Below, piece by piece: positions 50,503 to 59,500 of a stretch of 62,604 bases of DNA; positions within the stretch are counted from its first letter, which is position 1, and each line of letters begins with the position of its first letter. A program made the position numbers and the translations under genes. The stretch comes from Candidatus Multiplicimicrobium inquinatum. GTDB lineage: Bacteria > Omnitrophota > Omnitrophia > Omnitrophales > Aquincolibacteriaceae. A model generated the notes under the pieces. The model did no database searches. It was given only the letters and a program-made list of their open reading frames with translations, and was not told the origin of the DNA. The DNA lies in assembly GCA_002344825.1 (NCBI GenBank), contig DDUN01000034.1, forward strand, positions 15,171 to 77,774. Direction: 5' to 3'.

Positions 50503-51682
50503 ATAAGCTTTGTGATTCCGGCATGGTTAAACCGGACTCGGGCTTAATTTTGTTTTGATCAGACAAGTCTTCGACAGACACGGGGCTTGGAGCCGGAGAA
50601 ATGAAAATATTTTTTAGCTCCGGCGCCTCAACCAAATTTCCGTAATAAAAGATAACGCAACCACGGCTTCCTTCCCGCTCACAAGCTTCCCAAACCCCGT
50701 CAAATCCGGAGGGATTTTCCAAAAATTTATACGTCCCTACCGCCAAATAAACTTTGCCGAAATCAGCTGTTTTCTTTCTCGCGCCTTCCACGTATTTTTT
50801 AAATTCATCCAAGTCATCCGGATAATTCATCATCGTCACAAAGTCAACATACCCGAGATTAATCCATTCCGCCCAGTCCTGAAAAGCCTCTTCGCGGGCG
50901 CGTACATAAGGCGCGCAGCCTGTCGCTGAGACCTGAATCTGAGAATTCACGCTTCGCGCGCGAGCGACAGCAAGCCTGACAAGCTCCGTCACCTGATCAC
51001 GCTTCCACTTCCGCCAAACTTCCGTTTTTTCGTTGAAGCTTGTCTGCTCCGTCGCGCGTGCAAACCTCTTTAAATTTTCCATCGTATGCCCGTAAGCGGG
51101 CTCGGTGTCGGGGTAACGGATATAATCAAGCTGAATACCGTCCAAATCGGAATAAGTTTTCACGATTTCGACCACGAGCTTCACAAGCTCGGAGCGAACA
51201 CGCAAATCACCCGGCTCAAGCCAATACTGATTATCGATCAAATAATCCGTGATTTCTTTTTTATCTTTTTTGTTGCGGGTCAAAATTTCACGCCCATATC
51301 TTTTCAAAATCGGCGCGTCCGCGTTGGAGCCCAAACTCATCATATTGATCCAGGCATGCACTTCTAAATCCGCTGCGTGCGCCTCACGTATCAAAAGCGC
51401 AAAAGGATCCTCGCCGACTTTTTCAAACGCGCTCTGATAAGGCGCGGAATCACCCAGGGCTGAGGGAAACCATGCTTTGCCCTCACGGTAAATCTGAACA
51501 AAAAGTTTTTTGATCCCCGCCTTTTTAGCAAAGGCAATCATTTCAAGCATGGCATCACGGCTGGTTAGAACAGGCGGGTTTTCAATCACCGAAACAAAAA
51601 GACCGCGCTCGGGAACGTCCGCGAATAAAGAAAGCGGAGTGAGACAGAGAGTCAAAAGAATAAGAAGGCGCTGAAAAATCAT
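50498..51682 (-). CDS. GHL10-family (YngK-like) putative glycoside hydrolase, secreted
   Basis: The track ORF runs to 51988. The likely start is the ATG at 51682, which gives the signal peptide MIFQRLLILLTLCLTPLSLFA. The product has TIM-barrel GHL10 patterns (LFVQIY, EVHAWINMM, GIQLDYIRYPD). Confidence 0.75.
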   Translation of the reverse strand: MIFQRLLILLTLCLTPLSLFADVPERGLFVSVIENPPVLTSRDAMLEMIAFAKKAGIKKLFVQIYREGKAWFPSALGDSAPYQSAFEKVGEDPFALLIREAHAADLEVHAWINMMSLGSNADAPILKRYGREILTRNKKDKKEITDYLIDNQYWLEPGDLRVRSELVKLVVEIVKTYSDLDGIQLDYIRYPDTEPAYGHTMENLKRFARATEQTSFNEKTEVWRKWKRDQVTELVRLAVARARSVNSQIQVSATGCAPYVRAREEAFQDWAEWINLGYVDFVTMMNYPDDLDEFKKYVEGARKKTADFGKVYLAVGTYKFLENPSGFDGVWEACEREGSRGCVIFYYGNLVEAPELKNIFISPAPSPVSVEDLSDQNKIKPESGLTMPESQSLS

Positions 51683-51758
51683 GCCAAATGGTACTGGTTT
51701 CAATCGCTTAAAGTCAATCACACTCGAAAAAACAGAAAACACCCGATCAACAAAAAAA

Positions 51759-53480
51759 TTAAAATCCAACGCGAGCGGAAAGATGAATCTGATTACGGTT
51801 TTTGTCAGAGGATGGGTCTCCAAGGGGAATGCCGTAATCAAACTGAATATTGAAATCCGGTGAAACATAAAACCGCGCGCCAAATCCCGTGCCGGCCAGA
51901 GTTTTGGTGGTTTCAGATCCGGCATTCTGCCGTTTATAATTGAAAACTTGTCCCCCTTCGATAAAACCAACCAGCGAAAAAGCATCACGCATTTTTTTAT
52001 TTTTCATTCCCGGTACATTCCAGCTATGCGGAATAAAATAAGGCGGTACGCGTAATTCGGTCGAAAAACTGTACCCACTGTCGCCCGAACTGTCATTTTC
52101 AGGATACCCACGAATGGAAAACATACCGCCCATATTCATCTGCTCTAATGAATTTAACGGCGAAGGGCTGTATTGTCCCGATGCCTGCATCACCAAAATA
52201 GATTGATAAGGTAAGCGCTGTAAACGCGCGACATTCGCGGTTCCGTAAACAAATTGCCCGCCGGAATCAAGCCGGCTCGCGGCGCCGTCATATTTCGACG
52301 AACCGCCCATAAAATGCGGAATCCCGACATGTAAATCAGCCGCGCCGAATGTCTGCCCCCATTTATCATAATAGCCCGCGCGCGGTCCGATCACAACGGC
52401 CCGTGAACGGTCAAAGGACAACTGCTGATCGCTGATTAAAGTGCGCGAATCTTTTACTTCAAACCGCAAAGCTCCGTCCAAATAAAAACGATCGGTGCGG
52501 ATAAAATTCTGAGTTACGCCGGGAATCACACTCCAGGATTTTCCCTGAACGTCAAACTCACGTAGACTTTTTTGCAGACGGCTTTGTGCCACCGATGCCG
52601 CCAAACTGAAAATGGTTCCGGTCCTCAAAATAGGAAATTCATAATAAGCCGCACTTCCGACAATAGCCCCCTGTTCTGCCAGAGTAAAATTTGCCTGAAG
52701 ACTGTCGCCAAAGCCCAGCAAATTATTGTGCGTTAAATGCGCCATATGCCGCGCACGATGCGTCAGTTTCGTACCGCGCAAATTAAATTCATAAGAAAGA
52801 TGCACCGGAAATTTGTCTTTTGCCTTCAGCGTAATATTTGTTGTACCTGTTTCTTCGCCGGGCTCCAGATAAGCTTTTACTGCGCGGTCGGGTTCGAGAT
52901 TAATACTGCGCAAAGCGCCTTCAAGCTCAGACATTTCAAAAAAATCACCCGCTGCCAGAGCGATCCCGCCCAAATAAACCTTCTTTTTGAACCAACGATT
53001 ACCTTCAACATCCACTTTTCCCACGCGCCCTTCCATGACTTGGATAGTCACAATCCCGTCTTTCACTTTCTGCGGCGGAATATAAGCTTTTGTGGTCGTG
53101 TATCCATAGTGACGGTAATACGCTGTGACCAAATCAGCCAGACGCTCCAAATCACCGAAAGAATTTTTTTTATCTTCAAAGGGCTGGGCTAAAGCATGAA
53201 CCTCTTGTTCGGGAATCAAAGTAGATCCTTCGATCACAATTTTTTTAACGAGAAAAACAGGTCCTTCGTCTTTTTTAGGCTTTTCCTCTTTTTCTTCCTC
53301 TTCAATGACAGGTTCCTGAGAAGTTTTAAGAAAACGATCTTCGTTCTGTTTTAAAAGGTCAGTTTGGGTTACAAGATCGCGAGTTGCACGCTCGGAATCA
53401 ATTTGCTGGGAAAAAACAGAGGTTGCACTTACTAAAACAATTCCCGTAATCAAACAGAAAAATTTTATCGTTCTAAACAT
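51759..53480 (-). CDS. TpsB (ShlB/FhaC-family) two-partner secretion outer-membrane transporter
   Basis: The track ORF extends to 53528. The ATG at 53480 follows AAGGAAA and gives the signal peptide MFRTIKFFCLITGIVLVSATSVFS. POTRA-like repeats are present (VKKIVIEGSTL..., GIVTIQVMEGRVGKVDVEG). The C-terminal barrel ends ...HLSARVGF. Confidence 0.9.
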   Translation of the reverse strand: MFRTIKFFCLITGIVLVSATSVFSQQIDSERATRDLVTQTDLLKQNEDRFLKTSQEPVIEEEEKEEKPKKDEGPVFLVKKIVIEGSTLIPEQEVHALAQPFEDKKNSFGDLERLADLVTAYYRHYGYTTTKAYIPPQKVKDGIVTIQVMEGRVGKVDVEGNRWFKKKVYLGGIALAAGDFFEMSELEGALRSINLEPDRAVKAYLEPGEETGTTNITLKAKDKFPVHLSYEFNLRGTKLTHRARHMAHLTHNNLLGFGDSLQANFTLAEQGAIVGSAAYYEFPILRTGTIFSLAASVAQSRLQKSLREFDVQGKSWSVIPGVTQNFIRTDRFYLDGALRFEVKDSRTLISDQQLSFDRSRAVVIGPRAGYYDKWGQTFGAADLHVGIPHFMGGSSKYDGAASRLDSGGQFVYGTANVARLQRLPYQSILVMQASGQYSPSPLNSLEQMNMGGMFSIRGYPENDSSGDSGYSFSTELRVPPYFIPHSWNVPGMKNKKMRDAFSLVGFIEGGQVFNYKRQNAGSETTKTLAGTGFGARFYVSPDFNIQFDYGIPLGDPSSDKNRNQIHLSARVGF

Positions 53481-53588
53481 GCTGATTTCCTTATTAAATC
53501 CGCAAACGAGTGTGGCGAAGCTTGTCAAATTATATGGATCGAGCCGAATGGCGCTATCAAAATCTTATGAAATATCTGCGGCAATTTA

Positions 53589-56500
53589 TTAAGCACCTAT
53601 CGGTAAAGAACCGCCGCTAGTAAAAGAAATATCACCGGTACATTCACCGGAACCTGCGCAAGTAACCTGGGTTGCAAAAGTATGCCCGCTGACGCCGTTA
53701 CCGTAAATCGGACCTTCTGCGCCTTCAGCTTGCGAAATTCCATTTTCATCTGTGTTTTTATTTTGCTCTGAAGATGGTTCGTCACTGCTACTGCTATTTC
53801 CACTTTCGTCTGTTGAATGAGAGCTTGGGCTTGAGTTTGATTTGGATCCTGAACCGGAACTATTTCCTTGATCCTTTACAGTAGAAGCATTTCCATAACC
53901 GCTCATTGTGCTAATAAATTGATTGCCAATAATTTCTTGGGGTCTGTTATCGGCAATCTCATTCAAAATAACCTCAAAACCATTATCAGAAGAAGGTTCT
54001 GTCAAGAATACCGGCAAAGGAATTCTGACTTCATCCTGCCAGAGAAAATAAGGCAAACTCGCCTCATCCGCATCAGGAACTTCATCAATTTTCCAAATCG
54101 TGTCAAAATCCCAACCCGCGTCGGTAAAATTTTCTTTTACGATCATTTCTGAAGTTGCTAATCCTGTCAGTCCGGCGATACCCAGCACACCTGTTTCATG
54201 AACATTATCAAAAAAACTATTCACATAAGTGCCCAGCAAATCTCCAGAAAAAGAAGCTGATACTGCGCCGGACGAATAAGCATTGGTAACACTTCCACCC
54301 GTGTTCGTTCCTACAAAACCACCGAAAGTGCTGGCACCCGTTCCTGTGACTCCACCCGTTGCATAGGCATTTACAATCGTGCCTGTATTTTTACCAACAA
54401 AGCCGCCGACAGAACTCAAACCCGTGACAAGGCTATTTGAAAACGCCCGCAAAATATCTCCGGCGTTCTGCCCGATAAATCCGCCGACAAAATTTCCCGT
54501 GGCTGTTACCTCTCCGAGAGAATACGATTCGGATATTTCACCCGTATCATTATATCCGGCAAAGCCGCCGACATAGTTTCTTCCTTCAACATCACGATTG
54601 GAATAAGAACCTGCAATATCACCCGACTCATTGTAGCCGATAAAACCGCCCACATAATCGCGGCCTTCGATCGGGTCATTGACTTCAGATTGATTGGGAA
54701 GGCCTTCATTTAAAATGACCGTACGCGCGCTGGAATCTGAAATAGTGCCGCTTTCGTTATAGCCGATGAAACCGCCGACATAATCACCGGTCGCGGTCAC
54801 GTTATTATGGATGTCAAAACCGGAAACCGTGGTGCTGTTAACGTAACCCACCAAACCGCCGGCATAATTCACTCCCGTGACGGTTCCAAGCTCCGGCAAA
54901 TCTCCATCAAAAGAAATTGAGCCGCCTATACTAATACCAATCAGTCCGCCCGCGTAATTACCGTCAGCCTCAACATCACCCGTCGCGTAAGAATCGATAA
55001 TATTGCCGGCTTGATGTCCTCCCATCAACCCGCCGACAGCGTTCGTGCCGCTGATATTTCCGGTTGCGTAAGAGTCGGATATATTGCCGGCATGGCTGCG
55101 GCCGATAAGACCGCCGACATATTCAAGACCCGTTACATCGCCTTCCGCGTAAGAATCTTCAATCGTCCCATTCACATGACGGCCGATAAGACCGCCGACA
55201 TAATAAGCGCCTTCATTATTAACATCGCCGGTCGCGTAGACATCAGAAATGTTGCCGCTATTGTTGTAACCGATTAACCCGCCCGCGTAATCATCAACCG
55301 CTTCAACATTGCCTGTGGCGTGAGAATCCGAAACAGCGCCGCTGTTGTTATAACCCAATAAACCGCCCGCATAGCCGCCGGTCGCCGTCACGGTTTTATC
55401 CGTGAAATAACCTGAAATATCCGCGCTGTCGTTGTAGCCAATGAGACCACCGACATAATTACGGCCGGACACTTCACCGGCTGTCGATAATTCGCCGCTG
55501 AATTCAACACTGTCCGCGCCGTTGCGTCCAATAAGACCGCCGACATAATCGCGACCCGTCACATCGCCGGTGGCATAACTGTCCGTCAACGGACTATTCT
55601 CGCTTAAACCGATAAGACCCCCAACGTAGTCGTTACCTGTCACCTCACCGGTTGCGTAAGAATTCGAAACGATGCCGCTCGCTTTATAACCTGTGAGACC
55701 ACCGACATAATCAACATTCTCCGCATCAACATCGCCGGTCGCGTAAGAATCCGTAATCGAGCCGCTATTGTTGTAACCCAAAAGACCGCCAGCATAATCA
55801 TCACTGCCTGTCGCCGTCACGTCGCCGGTGGCATAAGACCTTAAAATCGCGCCCGAAGTATGGGAGCCAACGAGTCCGCCGACATTACCCAAACCGGTGA
55901 CATCACGCGTTGAATAAGAATCCGTGATATCGCCCGATTGGTTTAACCCGATGAAGCCGCCAATATAATTGGCTCCGGCTACGCTGATGGCGGTTCCCGT
56001 CGTATAAGAATTCGAGATATCGCCGCTGTCGTTTTGGCCGATGAAACCGCCGGTCTGCGCGCCCGTCGCGGTAATGTCATTATTGGTATGGAAACCGGAA
56101 ATATTGGAGCTGTTGTTATAACCGATAAAACCGCCGACATAATTCGTTCCTTCCACGTCGCCGAAATCGGAAAGCTCGCCTTCAAAGCTAATCGTGCCGC
56201 TATTGTTGTAGCCGATGAAACCGCCCGCGTAGCTGGAGCTCGCGGTCACATCACCGGTGGAATACGAATCCGTAATAGCGCCGGCGTTATGATATCCGAT
56301 AAAACCGCCGACACGATCGGCGCCGGAAACATCACCGGTCGCGTAAGAATCCGAGGTCTCGCCTCCGTTGCTGCGCCCGATGAGACCGCCCGCAATCGAA
56401 CTGCTCGCTGTGACATCGCCGGTCGCGTAGGATCCGGAAACATCGCCCGATTCATTGATGCCGATAAGGCCGCCTATAGTTCCGCCGCCGCTCACATTGC

Positions 56501-59500
56501 GCGCGGAATAAGAATCCGTAACAGACCCCGTATTATTCGACCCGATTAAACCGCCGGTATTTCCGTTCGTGCCCGTAATCGCGGTCCCCGTGGTATAAGA
56601 ATTCGAAACTTGGCCGCTATTGTTATAGCCGAGCAGGCCGCCGACATGATCGCCGGTCGCGGTAATCGCGGCGTTTGTATGAAAACCCGAAATATTCGCG
56701 CTGTCGTTGTAACCGATCATTCCGCCGATATAGGTCGCGCCGCTCACATCACCATAATTCTGCCATACTAATTCGCTATCATATGTAATGGTGCCGTGAT
56801 TATTGCGGCCGATAAAACCGCCGGCATAATTTACGGCTGTCACATCGCCCGTCGAATAAGAATCCGTAATATTTCCGTTGTCATGAAAGCCCATGAACCC
56901 GCCGACATACTCATCCCCCGAAACATCGCGTGTCGAATAAGAGTCTGTGATATTGCCGCTAACGTGATAACCGATGAGCCCGCCGACATAATCGCCGTCG
57001 CCTTCAATTTCAGTTCCGGTTGAGTAAGAATTGAGAATATTTGCGTTGGTGTTATACCCGATCAAACCGCCGGCATAACTGCCGGTAGCAATCACATCAT
57101 TGTTGGTGAAAAATCCATCCAGATTGGAGTTTGCATTTCGTCCGATGAAACCGCCGACATACTCTCCACCGCCGACACTGCCAAAATCGGGCAAGCCGCC
57201 TTCCATACTCTCAGGGTCAAATGTAATGATGCCGCCGTTGTTATAGCCGATAAAACCACCGACATAACTTTCCCGATAGACAAACTCTTCTTCATCTTCA
57301 TCATAATAACCCGCTTTAACATCACCGGTGCTGTACGAGTCGGTAATATTTCCGGCCTGATGTTCACCAATAAATCCGCCGACATAACTTCCATCCGCTG
57401 TCACATTGCCTGTCGAATACGAATCCGTAATATTGCCGTTGCTATTGGTTCCAATAAAACCGCCCACCCAATAATCGGTTGCGATCACATTTCCGGTCGC
57501 GTAGGAATCTGAAATATCTCCTCCATTTTGATAGCCGATGAAACCGCCGACCCAACTGTCTCCGTCAATATCACCTGTCGCATAAGAATTCATAATCGTG
57601 CCGCTATCATGCTCTCCAATAAATCCGCCGATATAATCTCTGCCGGTAGCATCCGCCAATGAATGGGAGTTTGAAATAGTCCCGCTCGAATGACGGCCGG
57701 TAAAACCACCGACATAATAATCGCCTTCAACCGCGCCGCCGGCTCCTACATAAGAATTGGTAATATTTCCTCCGGAGTGATACCCAATAAAACCACCGGC
57801 ATAATCTTCATCCGTAGAGACAGAAACATTCGCTCCAACAAAAGAATTAGAAATATCGCCGCTTGCGTGATAGCCAATCAAGCCGCCAACATACTCATCG
57901 TCCGCTTGCACCACAGCACTAGCTCCGACAGACGATCCGGAAATACCGCCGACATTGTGCCCAACCAAGCCGCCGGCCATGTCGCCATCCGCCGTAGTAT
58001 CCCAAGCTCCGTCATAATAAGAGTCATATTCACGCGAATCATCATTCGCGGTTACTTCAGAACTTGCACCCACAGAAGAATCAGAGATTGTGCCGCCTTC
58101 TTTATAACCCACCAAACCACCGGTTCTCAAACCGCCTGTCACGGTTCCCTGAAAAGAAGAGTTTGAAATGGAGCTATTTTCATCCATGCGGCCGATCATG
58201 CCGCCCGTGCGAATACCTCCGGTAATATTGAAATTACTTAAAACTAAATTGGTAATCGCTGAACCGATGGCCATCCCAATAAAACCGGAATTAATGTAAT
58301 TTTCATTATCCGAAATCAAGCCCGACAAAATTTCACTGCCGCCGTCAAAAGCATTCACGCGCAAAGTCGGAATCATAAAATAATGTGTTGTTGATAAATC
58401 AATTGCGTCCGTAATGAGAAAATCAAGGTTTTCACTTGTGCCGGTATTCACAAACGGCAAAATATTTTTTAAATCCTGCAAACTCGTAATTAAATAATTG
58501 CCATCCCCGTCCGTCCCGAGATAGTCATCAATATCAAGCGCAGCGCGACCGCCGCCAATCCAATCATCGAATTGCCCTTCATAAATTCCAAACGCGTTGA
58601 CTCGATTTTCAACTCCGTTCCCCGCATCACCATCACTGTCAATCAAGACATCATTAATGTTGTAATAAGAATTAGTAATGCTGTCATTGTCCGTGTAAAA
58701 ACTTCCGACAAATCCATAGGCATTCCCCTCATTCGCGCTGACATCTCCAAGGCTGTAAGAACCGCCAATAGTGCCGTCATTGTCGCCCACAAATCCGCCG
58801 ACATTAAACCGTCCACTTACGCTCAGCTCCGTGTGAGAATCCTGAATATCGCCGTCATTGTTCCCAACCAACCCGCCGACATATTTTCCGCCGCTAACAC
58901 TCCCTGAGATTAAATGCAAATCAGTTACATCGCTGACATTGTGACTAATAAAACCAACATTCACAAAGTCATCCATATCTAAAGCCAGGTTTGAAATATT
59001 GAATCCGCCGCCGTCGAACTCCGCGACATTTAAATAAGGAATTGTAAAATTAAGTTCATCCATATCGATATTGGCTGTAATCGCGAAAGATAAAGCGCTC
59101 GAGCTGCCGGCAAAAGCCAAAAAGTCTTTTAGATTGGTTAAAGTACCAATTTCATAGTAGCCGCCGTTTAAAGTCAAATAATCCGCCACATCAAGCGCGA
59201 CATAGCTTCCATCAACCCAATCCTGGTATTGCGCGTCATAAATTCCGAAACGAGTAACACGGCTTTCTCCGTTGATATCAACTTCATCGATGTTGTAATA
59301 AGAATTTGTTACTGTGCCGCCGCTGTTGCCGATAAGACCGCCCCCATAGTTGTAGTCATACCGATTACTGCCGTCGATGGTGACATTGCCGGATGAGTAA
59401 GAGTTTTGAACCGTTCCGTTATTGCCTCCCGCTAAACCGCCGGCATAAACGTCCGCACGAACAGTTCCGGTTGCATAAGAACCTGAAATCGTTCCGCTGT

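Noticed and set aside
51683-51988. An N-terminal extension of the GHL10 ORF that overlaps the end of the TpsB gene region. Similar over-extensions appear at 36810..36842, 47967..48017 and 53481..53528.
   Set aside because: In each case an internal ATG gives a proper signal peptide or family-typical N-terminus, often with a Shine-Dalgarno-like sequence. The longest-ORF starts are most likely artefacts.
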